NCBI GenBank assembly: GCA_036918135.1
Contig: JBALDB010000015.1
Coordinates: 1 to 64,000, forward strand
From: Nostoc sp.
GTDB lineage: Bacteria > Cyanobacteriota > Cyanobacteriia > Cyanobacteriales > Nostocaceae
Length of the DNA stretch: 64,000 nucleotides
Direction of reading: 5' to 3'
In this document: positions 21,301-31,112 of the stretch, piece after piece
Position numbering within the stretch: the stretch's first letter is position 1
Layout of the letters: every line of letters starts with the position of its first letter
Made by a program: the position numbers and the translations under genes
Notes under the pieces: generated by a model
Database searches by the model: none
Told to the model about the DNA's origin: nothing
What the model saw: only the letters and a program-made list of their open reading frames with translations

Positions 21301-21367
21301 CGATGTGAGTTAAACTATCTAACGGAATATTTTCTTTATATTCTGAAGTATGACTATTTATTTGCAT
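15359..21367 (-). CDS. Stand-alone dimodular non-ribosomal peptide synthetase, A-T-C-A-T-TE
   Basis: Two A domains (FTSGSTGQPKG and FTSGTTGVPKG; YGPTE; YKTGD and YTGD; NGKI and NGKV), two PCPs (FFELGGHSLLA), C-domain HHIASDG and thioesterase GYSFGG with a C-terminal GSH. Confidence 0.96.
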   Translation of the reverse strand: MQINSHTSEYKENIPLDSLTHIVGTEVGYESSNVQPFAQNLCIHQMFEMQVERSPQAIAVVFEDTQLTYQQLNQQANQLAYYLRTLGVGPEVLVGICIERSLEMIVGLLGILKAGGAYVPLDPSYPKERLAFILEDTQTPVLLTQEKLVKNLPPHQAQVICLDLLLEENTQTNQDNPVNQTTPDNLIYVIFTSGSTGQPKGVMISHSGICNQLYWRQTTFGLTQTDKVLLTISFSFDPSVWQIFWTLCFGGQLIMARPGGHQDAAYLVKVITEQQITVLALVPSILRVLLEEKGIENCQFLRHVTCGGEALPGELIERFFAQLNLDNVLHNCYGPTEASIDTTFWTCQRDTNYTIAPIGRSITNAQVYILDENLQPVPVGESGELYIGGTGLARGYLNSLELTKQKFIPNPFNFLLGNTGEDLESSKNIESKNKFQNPKSARLYKTGDLARYNSDGNIEFLGRIDHQVKIRGFRIELGEIEAVLSQHPALTQTLVMAREDVPGDKRLVAYIVASPEQIPTQVELRHFLQGRLPEYMIPSYFVFLDTLPLNPNGKIDRRALPAPDISDLGSSTNFVSPQNPTEEVLANIWAKVLRLEQIGIHNNFFELGGHSLLATQVMSRVRQAFGIEIPLQLLFENPTIANLAQALAQNQIPENNPENQTIPQIANRKSAPLSFAQQRVWFLQQLEPNSRAYIILDAQRLTGELNVNVLQQALDAIVVHHEALRTNFIKSVDGSPIQVIASPRPVELKILKVTHEQAQCLLNQEAQSPFNLESDLMLRARLLQINETEQILLLVMHHIASDGWSMGILWQQLAAVYEAFLNGKPSPLAKLPIQYADFAVWQHQWLSGEVLSSQINYWKTQLAGANTVLELPTDRPRPPIQTYQGAAQSLMLPQSLSASLTELSRQEGVTLFMTLLAAFGAILHRYSGQEDILIGSPIAGRNRSEIEGLIGFFINTVVLRTDFSGNPSFRSVLSRVRQMALGAYAHQDMPFEKLVEELQPERDTSRNPLFQVWFNMLNLRDIQLEIPGVAVEPVSMLETASKFDLTLYVTEQNQGIKLDLVYNTDLFTSERMMEMLDQFHYLLEQIVAAPDRKINLYSLVTPQAQFLLPEPSAVLPEPEYELVTTMFTSWVNSIPEHSAVRQGSCSWNYEELGKIAQALARVLLSQGVEQGDVVAVLGTRSFGLIASMVSVLLSGGVLLTLDPKLPSDRHQLMLREAKAKYILYIDSQVQEHRGIAESLIGIYVNPDTGEILNSSKGNNQTVNLPQIAGDDAAYIFFTSGTTGVPKGVLGCHKGMAHFLNWQRQTFKIGQQDRVAQLTGLSFDVVLRDIFLPLTSGATLCLPEQGDNLEPSRILPYLEQEQISILHTVPSLAQSWLGNVPSGVFLRNLRWLFFAGEPLKETLVLRWRDAFPESGEIVNLYGPTETTLAKCYYRVPVECTPGVQPVGSPLPQTQALVFTPNHQLCGIGEPGEIVIRTPFRSLGYINAQQENRSRFVQNPFGNDEQDWIYYTGDRGSYRPDGSLEILGRQDHQVKIRGIRIEPGEIETVLAQHPNVLQTVVVAREDVPGDRRLVAYIILNQDSVKTISEIRRFLSTKLPQYMLPSAFVLLDTMPLTANGKVNRRALPAPDLSRQEPEATFVAPRNQVERQLIEIWEQLLGVQPIGVQDNFFELGGHSLLAVKLFWQIEKIFHKNLPLAILFQSSTVEALAKIICQQEDLATNMASLEDKSTTTWSSLVAIQPNGSKPPFFCIHGLGGEVLCFRELAQHLGLEQPFYGLQPRGLDGKHPLDTRVEDMAAHYIQEIKTLQPNGPYFLGGYSFGGAVAFEMARQLHEQGEEIGILIILDSCRPGYSKRSPFLKRMFLHLNKIAQQGPMYLWQTVMRWSYWKKSRFQNRYKRYLEVALDLPETDKHLEIIDSNTQAISKYIYPVYPGRAILLRTEDRNRDEAIGTQYDPQFGWGDLVAGGLDIHYVPGSHLSLFREPHVHVLAEILKNCLIQAQSPKN

Positions 21368-22898
21368 TTTCTATATATCAACAACTCATTAAAGTCTGTG
21401 GTTTCACTTGTCCTTATGCTAATAAAATCAATGTTTGCTCGGGATTTTTAAACTTTCTTTCATCTGTAAATTTCTCATCAAAGTACTTTAAGTAAGCTTC
21501 TAAATAGCTTATCCAGACTCTCATGAATGTGAAAACAGCTTTAGTGCTCGCCCTAATCAGTAGCAACGGTATAGAATTGCTCAGTGGTCGAAAGTTTAGC
21601 TTATCTAGCCCAGGATTCTTTATATATACTTTTTTACTAATAATTACATATCTTTATATTTTACATCAATTACTTTATACTAATATGGCAACTCCTATAA
21701 TTTAACTTTATTACTTAAAATTTATAACCCAATTACTAATAATTAAAAAATAGATGAGTATAAACTAGTGCTTTACTTGTCAGTTAGTAAATTAATATTT
21801 TTTTATGTAATTATTGGCAAATATATCAATCTTAATTTTATTTAAATTTGCAGAAACAAAAAATAATTATTACTGAATCTTCATAGGATTTGTTTTTATG
21901 TAAAATTACTGTGAAGTTTTAATATCAATCGTTGCATTAAGTACGCAAAATTAGTAAAATTTTTGAAAATAGATTTCATAGCGTAAGCCCGTAGTTTGTT
22001 ATAGACAAAATTAGATCGGTCTAGAGTCTAATCTAAACACAAAAAATTATAAAAATAGTTGACTCTCTCAAGAAAGGAGTAAAAATCTCTAATATGCAAA
22101 TATAAAAAGATTTATATATTTTAAGTATCCTTTTTACTACTTTTTTAAGGTATTAAAAATAATTTTCAGCCTTGCATATTTGCCGAATAATTTTATTATT
22201 TTGTATTATAAATGTATTGCTTGGTGTATTTGGCGTCAACAAACGCTCCTCATTTCATAATAATTATTTCTTAGTCCAAGCTTACTCGATTAAGAAGTAA
22301 CCCTGCGATCAATCATCTACTACGATGTCCAAAAACTGATCTAATTCTAACCAAAATTTAAAAGATATGTAAACTTTTGTTACAAAACTCAACATTTTTG
22401 ACTTATTTCGTTATATGTTATATCTGTAAGTTTTTTTAATCAGTAATCATGCGTAAAAAAACGGAGAAGCTTCTTAGTAAAACTAAATGAGTCTAGCTAA
22501 ACATGCTACACTAACTCCGGAAGAGATATCATTTTTTCTAAAAGTACACCTCTCCAATGAAACTGTAAGGATTCAATTCATAAATTACGCACGTTACAAA
22601 TTCTAATATCTTTATCTGGTCTCTAAAATTATTAACAACAAGAACTCTAGTTAAGTTAGCAACAAATTCTTTGCTTGACATCAAAGCTCAAAATTTCCAT
22701 ACAAAACTAGATGCAAGTTTGTAATAAATGCTAAGTATTTGGCTACTACTTACACTTAGACCCTCGAAGATATTTTTGATCGAGAGGACAGCGTTACTTA
22801 GGAAAATAAGTAACAGTCAAATATAAAAGTCATCTTTCTATAACAAAATGTGAGATACTCTACTTGCATAGTTCCCATCCAAATTTTAAGGACACCAA

Positions 22899-24353
22899 GT
22901 GTTACTAACTATGAGTAATCAAAGTATTGAAACAAATAAATTAAGTGAAATACCTTTAGATCTACGTGCATCTGCATATGTGAGAGTACGCAAAGGTTCG
23001 TGGTGGCTGAGATTAACAACACTATTTTTAGTAGACTGCACTCTTTTATCCTTAGCTTGGGTTTTAGCTGGATATCAATCTTCTTACATAAATTTTACTT
23101 GGCATACATTGAGTGATTATTTACCAATTTTAATCAGTATTGGAATTCAAATAGGATCGTTAGCTATTGAAGGTATTTATCGAGAAGGTCAAAAACGCTA
23201 TGACTATTTAAATATTATAAAATCGCTTACTTTTGCTCATGGATTAATACTACTTATTTGTTTTTTATATCAGCCATTCGTAGATATTACACGTTCAAGG
23301 TTAATATTATTATCTTGGTTATTTAGTACATTGTTTATTTGTACTGGTAGATATGCTGTAAATATTGTTCTTGAATATCTCCGTAAACAAAAGAAAATAG
23401 TCCGTTCTTCTGTATTCATTATTTGCGATCCTCAAGACCACGAGCAGATTGCTAGCTTTGTAAAAAAGGAGAAGCACTATATTGTATCTGGAACGGCAAA
23501 TGCTAATTCATTAGACAGATATCAACGTCAACAAACATTGAATCAACTTAATCAGTTAGGTGTAACAGAAGTTTTTATATCTTGGGATGCTCTCAAAAAT
23601 AGAATGTTCTTATGCTGGTTGTTTCAAGCATCAGGTATACAAGTACACATTATACCAATGGAGTTAAAACCAATTTATAGAAACGTAGAATTTAATAAAG
23701 TAGGAGGAATGCCTTGCCTAAGTTTAGATTGTCCAATAATTACAGGCAAAGATTTTTGGATAAAGCGTATTTGTGATTTTTGTTTTGCTGCTTTATTCGT
23801 AATGTTAACATTCCCTATCTATGTAGTTATAGCTATAGCTATCAAATTAGATTCTCCAGGCACTGTATTTTACAAACAAACTCGTATAGGTCTACATGGA
23901 AAACAGTTTAAAGTATGGAAATTTCGAACCATGAGATCTGATGCAGACAAATTACAGAAAGAATTAGAAGCCTTAAATGAGACCAAAGATGGGATTATTT
24001 TTAAAATAAAGGATGATCCCCGCATTACTCATGTTGGAAAATTTCTCCGTCGATACAGTTTAGATGAGTTACCGCAACTCTTTAATGTGATTTTTGGAGA
24101 AATGAGTATAGTCGGACCTCGCCCTTTACCAACTAGAGATGTAGATAAGTTTTCTGAACATCATTTTATTCGACATGAAGTTTTACCTGGTGTTACTGGT
24201 CTTTGGCAAGTTTCAGGTCGCTCGGATATTTTAGATTTTGAACAAGTAATAGCTCTAGATATGAACTATATCGAAAATTGGTCGCTTAGTTTAGACTTTG
24301 AAATTCTACTCAAAACAATTATGGTGGTTTTGAAAAAAGAAGGTGCATATTAA
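22899..24353 (+). CDS. Priming glycosyltransferase (WcaJ/CpsE-like polyprenyl-phosphate sugar phosphotransferase); ATG 22911 is a possible start
   Basis: N-terminal TMs; C-terminal KFRTM, DDPRIT, LRRYSLDELPQLFNV, GEMSIVGPRP and PGVTGLWQVSGRS. Confidence 0.93.
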   Translation: MLLTMSNQSIETNKLSEIPLDLRASAYVRVRKGSWWLRLTTLFLVDCTLLSLAWVLAGYQSSYINFTWHTLSDYLPILISIGIQIGSLAIEGIYREGQKRYDYLNIIKSLTFAHGLILLICFLYQPFVDITRSRLILLSWLFSTLFICTGRYAVNIVLEYLRKQKKIVRSSVFIICDPQDHEQIASFVKKEKHYIVSGTANANSLDRYQRQQTLNQLNQLGVTEVFISWDALKNRMFLCWLFQASGIQVHIIPMELKPIYRNVEFNKVGGMPCLSLDCPIITGKDFWIKRICDFCFAALFVMLTFPIYVVIAIAIKLDSPGTVFYKQTRIGLHGKQFKVWKFRTMRSDADKLQKELEALNETKDGIIFKIKDDPRITHVGKFLRRYSLDELPQLFNVIFGEMSIVGPRPLPTRDVDKFSEHHFIRHEVLPGVTGLWQVSGRSDILDFEQVIALDMNYIENWSLSLDFEILLKTIMVVLKKEGAY

Positions 24354-24704
24354 ATTTCTAAGAAAAAAGACTCTGCTATCGTTAAGTCTGAGAATTTCAT
24401 TGTTTATAAAAATGTATATAAAAACTTAACGTACTTTTTTAGCTAAGTCCATATTTGACCGTTCGTGTCTGAGCTACTTTCTCAATGAAGCAAACTGAAC
24501 ATTTAATTTTGTAGTAACAAGCGAATAAAGATTTTCTTCAAAAATAACACTAGAAAAAATTAACTAAATTTAATATTTGGTATGTCTAATAATATCAACA
24601 AAATAAGGCTGAAATGATGCTTTGTAGGAATCAGGGATCCTTGTAGAAACAATATTATAAATAAATCATGGAATAAAAGTTATCAAAATTAAGTTGATTA
24701 CTAT

Positions 24705-26135
24705 ATGGGAAAAAACCAAAAATTAATAAGTAATTCCCTTTCAATGATAGTTAATCGATTAGCGCAAAGCATTACAACCTTTGTGTTAACTGCCTCTATT
24801 GCTCGCATCTTAGGAGCTGAAGCTTTGGGCCAATATCTACTGGCATTTACCTATTATTTTATATTTGTAAGCATTGCCTCACAAGGATTAAAAACTTTAT
24901 TTACTAGAGAAATAGCCCGTGAGCCAGAAAAAACACCACTTTATTTAATAAGTGGAACTTGGTTGCAGTTAATTTTCAGTTTCTTGAGTTATGTGGTTCT
25001 AGTAATCTTAGTTTTTTTACTGCCCTATACTTCCGAAACCTCGACTGCTTGTTACATCATGGGTTTAACAATCATTCCGTTTTCACTTTCCAATATTACT
25101 GAGGCAATTTTTCAAGCTAAAGAAAAGATGCATCTAATTGCCATTGCTACAGTTCCAGTGTATGTAATACGTTTATTCATCATGCTCTGGGCAATGCAAA
25201 TGAATTACGGAATCGATTATCTTGCGGCAATTCTAGTTATTTCAGAATCATTAATTTTGGGAATTGAATGGATTTTAATTACTAAACTAGTTCAAACAAA
25301 ATGGAAAATTGATAAAGATTTTATTTACAGTACAATCAAAAATGCACGTACATTTTTTGCTATTGAAGCACTAGCTGTAGTCAATGGTAGGATTCAAATT
25401 TTAATTCTTTCATTATCAGGTAGTGAATTTATAATTGGTATATATGGTGGAATAATACAATTGTTACAACCCTTTTTTATTATTGCTAATAGTATATGTA
25501 TAGCAATGTTTCCAGGATTATCAAAGGCAGTGACTAAAGGACGCGAAAGTCAGCAAAAAATTATCTCAAACTGTATTGAGATGTTATTAATTATCGCATT
25601 ACCTTTATCTGTTGGTCTGCTGTTTCTTAGTAAAAACTTACTGACTTTTGTCTATAATCCTAGCTTTGCTCAAGGAAGTTTAGCTCTAAGTGTCATTGCT
25701 GTATCATTAATTTTTCTACCTTTTAATCAGTCACTATCTTTTTTACTTGTAGCAAATGGTTTTGAGATTGTAAACCTGCGTCAGGTAGCTATTAACACTA
25801 CCTTAGGAAGTTTGGCAGGTGTAATATTAGTTTCACAATATAACTTATTAGGTGCAGCAATAATGGCTTTTTTAATGAGTTTTATTGCTTTTAGCCAATA
25901 TATTTATTTCACCTCTACTCTTATATTTCCATTAAATTACTGGCAAATTATGCGTTACCCTTTGTTAATTAGCGTTTTGATGTTAATTATATTTTTCATA
26001 TTAAAAAAAATTGAGTTAGACTTTTTATTGACCATAGCGATCGCGACTTTTTGCTATCTTATATTTGTGAACTTATTAATGATTCATAATTTAGGTGGAA
26101 TCCATGTTGCATGGCAAAAATTTGTGAAAAAATAA
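24705..26135 (+). CDS. wzx: Oligosaccharide flippase (Wzx)
   Basis: IARILGAEALGQY and LFTREIAR motifs, about 14 TMs, EPS operon context. Confidence 0.85.
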   Translation: MGKNQKLISNSLSMIVNRLAQSITTFVLTASIARILGAEALGQYLLAFTYYFIFVSIASQGLKTLFTREIAREPEKTPLYLISGTWLQLIFSFLSYVVLVILVFLLPYTSETSTACYIMGLTIIPFSLSNITEAIFQAKEKMHLIAIATVPVYVIRLFIMLWAMQMNYGIDYLAAILVISESLILGIEWILITKLVQTKWKIDKDFIYSTIKNARTFFAIEALAVVNGRIQILILSLSGSEFIIGIYGGIIQLLQPFFIIANSICIAMFPGLSKAVTKGRESQQKIISNCIEMLLIIALPLSVGLLFLSKNLLTFVYNPSFAQGSLALSVIAVSLIFLPFNQSLSFLLVANGFEIVNLRQVAINTTLGSLAGVILVSQYNLLGAAIMAFLMSFIAFSQYIYFTSTLIFPLNYWQIMRYPLLISVLMLIIFFILKKIELDFLLTIAIATFCYLIFVNLLMIHNLGGIHVAWQKFVKK

Positions 26136-26207
26136 GAATATTGAATTAAGATTATCAACTTAATTTTTTACTTAATTTGCAAAATTAAAGTAGCTAAAGC
26201 AAGGAAT

Positions 26208-27197
26208 ATGGAATTTATTCAACCAGAAAGAATAACTCAAAATTTAGCAATGGTAAATGAAAGTAACCAACCAGTAGTCAGTGTTGTGATTCCTACACGC
26301 AACAGGCCACAAATTGTTGTCAGGGGAGCAAAAAGTGCATTAAGTCAGACATTGCAATCAATTGAAGTAATTGTAATAATAGACGGCCCAGACCAAGAAA
26401 CAGTCAATGCACTATCTAAAATAGGCGATCAAAGACTGAGAGTGATAGAATTACAAAAAAATATTGGACCATCAGGGGCTAGAAATACTGGAGTTAGGGA
26501 AGCCAAAGGTACTTGGATAGCCTTTTTAGATGATGATGATGAATGGCTCCCTCAAAAATTGCAACTTCAACTAGAAGTAGCAAATAATTCTAATTATAAT
26601 TTTCCAGTAGTTGCTAGTCGTTTCATTTCTTTAACTCCAAAAGGGGAATTTATTTGTCCAAGAAGGCTACCAAAACTCTCTGAGCCTTTAAGTGAATATC
26701 TTTTTGTTCGTAACTCCTTTTTTAAAGGAGAAGGATGCATACAAACCTCCACTATTTTCGTGAAAAAAGAGTTGATGGAAAAAATGCCTTTGGAAGAAAA
26801 ATTTTACAGACATGAAGATTGGGAGTGGTTGCTTCGAGTTAGTGGAATCGAAGGTGTAGGAGTAGAGTTTGTACCTGAAGCTATGGCAATCTGGCATTCA
26901 GAAATGGGAATCAAGCGCTTAAGCAACGTTAACGACTGGAAATATTCCTTAGATTGGATTCGTTCAACCCGTAATTTAGTCACACGGAAAGCTTATTCAG
27001 GCTTTATTGCAACAATTGTAAGTCATTCTGCGTCATTAGTAGGTGATTGGAAAGCTTTCTTTCCTTTATTGTGGGAAGCTATTCGTTGGGGCAACCCTCG
27101 ACCAATAGATATATGCTTGTACTTAACAATGTGGTTGATTCCTCAGAACACCAGACAGCAAATTCGTTCTGTTTTGAATAAAAATACCATAACATAA
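26208..27197 (+). CDS. Glycosyltransferase family 2
   Basis: VSVVIPTRNR, IIDG, ARNTG, AFLDDDDEW and HEDWEW. Confidence 0.92.
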   Translation: MEFIQPERITQNLAMVNESNQPVVSVVIPTRNRPQIVVRGAKSALSQTLQSIEVIVIIDGPDQETVNALSKIGDQRLRVIELQKNIGPSGARNTGVREAKGTWIAFLDDDDEWLPQKLQLQLEVANNSNYNFPVVASRFISLTPKGEFICPRRLPKLSEPLSEYLFVRNSFFKGEGCIQTSTIFVKKELMEKMPLEEKFYRHEDWEWLLRVSGIEGVGVEFVPEAMAIWHSEMGIKRLSNVNDWKYSLDWIRSTRNLVTRKAYSGFIATIVSHSASLVGDWKAFFPLLWEAIRWGNPRPIDICLYLTMWLIPQNTRQQIRSVLNKNTIT

Positions 27198-27482
27198 AAG
27201 GCTGTTTACATAGAGAATGTTAACCCTAAAGTGAGTTTATTAAGTAAGATAGTGAGGTATAAATAAAGATGTGTTGTCAGTTCAACGGGGTAATGAGCGT
27301 GACTGACTGGCAACTTATATAAACTGTGATAGTAGTTGCCTACCAGCAATACTTAAAATTGATAAAACATTTAATGTTTATTAGAAATCCTAAAACTAAG
27401 ACATTGATACAAACGTATTTATATAGCAATTTACAGAATTAAATTATCAATTTAATTTTTATAGCTTACCCTACATAATCAG

Positions 27483-28562
27483 ATGAATAAAAAATTAAAT
27501 TTATTACAAGTTTATCGTGGTATTGCTGCTATTCTAGTAGTTTTATGCCACGCAAATCATATACTTACTCGTGAATTTAATAAAAATACTTTATTGCAAA
27601 TATTTCATTTTGGTTGGATAGGCGTTGATTTTTTTTTCGTACTGAGTGGATTTATTATATTTTACATTCATCAATATGATATAGGTAAACCAAATAAATT
27701 AAAATCTTTCATTGTGAAAAGATTTATTCGTATATATCCATTGTATTGGATTATTTTAGCTAGCAAAATTTTAGTTTCTATATTTACCAGTAGTAAAGAT
27801 ACAATTTCTCAACCAGGCGCAGACGAAATTATTAAAGCTTTTTTATTAATACCACAAGACAGATCTATTCTAGAGACTAATTTTATTGGTGTCAGTTGGA
27901 CGCTTAGTTATGAAATTTTTTTTTACTGCCTATTTGCCACACTAATCTTATTGAACACGAAAATTTGCAAGGCAGTAATTTTTATTTGGATAGTGGGTAT
28001 TATTCTCAGTTTTTTAAATATTTTACCAATTGGAAAAAATTTTATACTAATGTTCATATTTGACGAACATAATCTAGAATTTGTTCTTGGTTGCTTAGCT
28101 GCATATATCATTTCTAAATTTAAATTTCAGTTTAAAAGATTACTAATTTATGCTTCTATTTTTATCTTAATATTATCAGTTATAAATACAAAATATGGAG
28201 AGTACGATGTCTCAGGTATTTCCTCATTAATAGCTTATGGTATTCCTTTTACATTTCTTATTATTGGCTCTGTATACTTAGAAATGTCGAGTAAAATAAA
28301 TGTACCATTAATTTTAATTTACATAGGAGATGCATCCTATTCTATATACTTAACACACGGTTTCTTCTTAAATAATATAAGTAAATTTACTAGTAAGCTT
28401 ACTAAGTATAATATTTTATCTAATTATACAAGTGACAATATAATTGCACTTATAACTGTTGTAATGGCAGTAGTTATGGGATGTTTTGTCCATACTTATC
28501 TGGAAAAGCTATTAATTGCAAATTTAAAAAACAAAGTATTTGCTCAAATTCACGGAAAATAG
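27483..28562 (+). CDS. Acyltransferase-3 (OafA-like membrane O-acyltransferase)
   Basis: RGIAAILVVLCH, GVDFFFVLSGF, KRFIRIYP, WTLSYE and GDASYSIYLTH. Confidence 0.92.
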   Translation: MNKKLNLLQVYRGIAAILVVLCHANHILTREFNKNTLLQIFHFGWIGVDFFFVLSGFIIFYIHQYDIGKPNKLKSFIVKRFIRIYPLYWIILASKILVSIFTSSKDTISQPGADEIIKAFLLIPQDRSILETNFIGVSWTLSYEIFFYCLFATLILLNTKICKAVIFIWIVGIILSFLNILPIGKNFILMFIFDEHNLEFVLGCLAAYIISKFKFQFKRLLIYASIFILILSVINTKYGEYDVSGISSLIAYGIPFTFLIIGSVYLEMSSKINVPLILIYIGDASYSIYLTHGFFLNNISKFTSKLTKYNILSNYTSDNIIALITVVMAVVMGCFVHTYLEKLLIANLKNKVFAQIHGK

Positions 28563-28625
28563 CAATCACCGACTAGCTACCTACTTACTTGTTATCTATC
28601 TACACGATGATAAACATTATATAAA

Positions 28626-29864
28626 ATGAGGAAACTTTTAATTTCTGCCGAACAATTAATTACAATTACTTGCTTAATAATTTATTCAGGAACTCCATTA
28701 GATCCATTTTTAACTAATGGCTTTACTGTAAAAGAAGGCGATAGAACTATATTTCGATTACTTTATACTTTTACATATATAGTGATCTTTTTATTGATCG
28801 CTCTACGCTGGAAGAAGGTTATCCATGTTATTGGCAGAGATAAACTTGTTTGGGTCTTACTTGCAGTTTGTGCGCTTTCTAGTTTTTGGTCTTTAGATTC
28901 AGATACTACTATACGTAGGGTTTTTGGTCTCTTAGGAACAACGTTATTTGGAGTTTATCTTGCTTCACGTTACACCCTAAAGGAACAATTGAAGTTATGT
29001 ACCTATATGCTTGGTATCTCAGCAGTAGCGTGTTTCCTAATTGTTTTGTTGATGCCACAATATGGTCTTGGAGTGGAGGAACACGCACGTGCTTGGCGAG
29101 GAATATACTCACAAAAGAATATTTTAGGAAGGAGATTTGTACTTAGTGGAGCAATATTTTTCTTCCTTGCTATGACTACTCGACAAAATCGGTGGGTTTT
29201 ATGGCTTGGCTATATTGCTTCTGGAATACTTGTATTCTTCTCAAGCTCAACAACATCTTTAGGGAATTTGCTCATACTTACAGCAGCTTTCCCTATATAT
29301 AACAGAATTTTACGCTTCAGGTATACAACGTTAATACCTAGTTTGACATTTATAAGCGCTGTGAGTGTAGCTTTTTATGCCTGGTTCGTAACATACGCCG
29401 ATCAAATTTTAGGAAGTGTAGGTAAGGATACAACACTTACTGGACGCTCAGAGATATGGCCTGCTGTGTTGGAGCTGATTGCAAAAAAACCGTGGCTGGG
29501 ATATGGCTATGGAGCATTCTGGTACGGCTCTGATACCTCAGGCGCTGCTTATGTACAAGCGGCAGCAGGGTGGCCGGCTCCTAGTGCTCATAATGGATTT
29601 TTGGATCTCTGGCTAGCCTTGGGTTTATTAGGAGTTTTGGTTTTTCTAATGGGATTATTAATTAATTTCTTCAGAGGGATATATTTAATTAGGCTGAATA
29701 AAATGCCTGAAAATAATGTATGGCTATTAATTTATCTAACCTTTACAATTGTTTCAAACTTTACTGAAACCATATTACTTGAACAAAATTCTATTGAATG
29801 GACACTTTATGTATCAGCTATACTATCAAGTCAAATATCTCTTTTTTCCAGAACAAAGTTATAA
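28626..29864 (+). CDS. O-antigen ligase / Wzy polymerase-family protein (ExoQ-like)
   Basis: WRGIYSQKNILG, TLTGRSEIW, PWLGYGYGAFW and AHNGFLD. Confidence 0.88.
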   Translation: MRKLLISAEQLITITCLIIYSGTPLDPFLTNGFTVKEGDRTIFRLLYTFTYIVIFLLIALRWKKVIHVIGRDKLVWVLLAVCALSSFWSLDSDTTIRRVFGLLGTTLFGVYLASRYTLKEQLKLCTYMLGISAVACFLIVLLMPQYGLGVEEHARAWRGIYSQKNILGRRFVLSGAIFFFLAMTTRQNRWVLWLGYIASGILVFFSSSTTSLGNLLILTAAFPIYNRILRFRYTTLIPSLTFISAVSVAFYAWFVTYADQILGSVGKDTTLTGRSEIWPAVLELIAKKPWLGYGYGAFWYGSDTSGAAYVQAAAGWPAPSAHNGFLDLWLALGLLGVLVFLMGLLINFFRGIYLIRLNKMPENNVWLLIYLTFTIVSNFTETILLEQNSIEWTLYVSAILSSQISLFSRTKL

Positions 29865-29967
29865 ACATCTAATTAATACACATACTGGATAATTTTAAAA
29901 TTTTCCAAAAATAGATTGTTATATTATTAACTGTTCGTAAAATTTTGCAAAATTAAAAATTACAATT

Positions 29968-31044
29968 ATGTATGAAAATCATGCTATCAAAATTATTATG
30001 TTAGGTCCTAGTTTACTTCAACAGGGTGGGATTTCTGGTTATGAAAAGCTTTTTTTAGAATATGCTCCTCCGGAAGTTGAAATATGCCATATTATTACTC
30101 ATGAAGAAGGAACTTTAGCAATCAAAATCATAGTATTTTTGAAAGCTATATGTAAATTAGTATGGATATTACTCAAGCAAGAAGTTGATATTGTTCAACT
30201 TCAAATATCACAGCGGGGTAGTATTTTACGACAAGCAATTATGATAATTTTAGCTTGGGTATTTCAGAAACCAATAATAATACATGCTCATGGAAGTCAA
30301 TTTCATATATTTTATACTGGGCTTCCAAAATATATGCGGCAATTATTAAGTTGGATATTTGGCAAGTGTCAAAAATTAATTGTCTTATCAGAAAGTTGGA
30401 AAAACTTTTATATAGAAAACCTTGGTCTGAAACCAGAACAAGTAGTAGTTTTATATAATCCAGTAAAAGTTCCTGTGGAAGTTCCACCTCGTTCAGGTTC
30501 CGGAAAAGTAAATTTACTTTTTTTAGGACGAATTGGGCAACGCAAAGGAGCATTTGATTTGATCGAAGCCTTTTCTCTTCTGCCTATTGAATATAGAAAT
30601 AGAGCTAATTTAATTATGGCAGGTGATGGAGACTTAGAACAAGCAGGCAATTTAGTTAAAACTCTAAATCTAGAGAATTCTATCAAACTGCCTGGTTGGA
30701 TAGGGTCAGATGAGCGTGATATTCTTCTAACTCAAGCAGATGTTTTTGTGTTGCCTTCTTACAATGAAGGCCTTCCATTAGCAATGTTGGAAGCAATGGC
30801 TTGGGAACTACCAGTCATAGTAACACCAGTAGGAGGTATACCTGAAATAATAACTTCATCTCAGAATGGATTAATCGTTAATCCAGGTAACATTGAGGAA
30901 TTATCAAATGCTGTTAAGTCTTTAATTGAAAATGAAATTTTGAGACTTTCTCTTGGAGAAAAAGCGAGAATAAGTGTTTTTCGTCTAGATATCAAAAAAC
31001 ATTGGATTTCTTTTATAGATTTATATCAATCAGTGTTAAATTAG
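29968..31044 (+). CDS. Glycosyltransferase family 4
   Basis: LFLGRIGQRKG and FVLPSYNEGLPLAMLEAMA (EX7E). Confidence 0.93.
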   Translation: MYENHAIKIIMLGPSLLQQGGISGYEKLFLEYAPPEVEICHIITHEEGTLAIKIIVFLKAICKLVWILLKQEVDIVQLQISQRGSILRQAIMIILAWVFQKPIIIHAHGSQFHIFYTGLPKYMRQLLSWIFGKCQKLIVLSESWKNFYIENLGLKPEQVVVLYNPVKVPVEVPPRSGSGKVNLLFLGRIGQRKGAFDLIEAFSLLPIEYRNRANLIMAGDGDLEQAGNLVKTLNLENSIKLPGWIGSDERDILLTQADVFVLPSYNEGLPLAMLEAMAWELPVIVTPVGGIPEIITSSQNGLIVNPGNIEELSNAVKSLIENEILRLSLGEKARISVFRLDIKKHWISFIDLYQSVLN

Positions 31045-31112
31045 GATGCTAGAGAAGCCTACTCTTAAGGCTTGATTATTTTGTACTGTATGAAAGCATA
31101 ACAACGATAGAT

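Noticed and set aside
15359..21367. NRPS as a mycosporine (MysE-type) or known cyanotoxin synthetase
   Set aside because: MysE-type enzymes are single-module and sit with DDGS, O-methyltransferase and ATP-grasp genes, which are absent. No PKS or tailoring genes of known cyanotoxin clusters are present either.
21414..21524. 36-aa minus-strand ORF (MRVWISYLEAYLKYF...) upstream of the NRPS, considered as an MbtH-like or leader peptide
   Set aside because: No MbtH Trp pattern, no clear RBS, and short ORFs of this size arise by chance.
22368..22384. TGTA-AACTTTTGT-TACA as an NtcA box upstream of the EPS operon
   Set aside because: The spacer is 9 nt, not the required GTA-N8-TAC.
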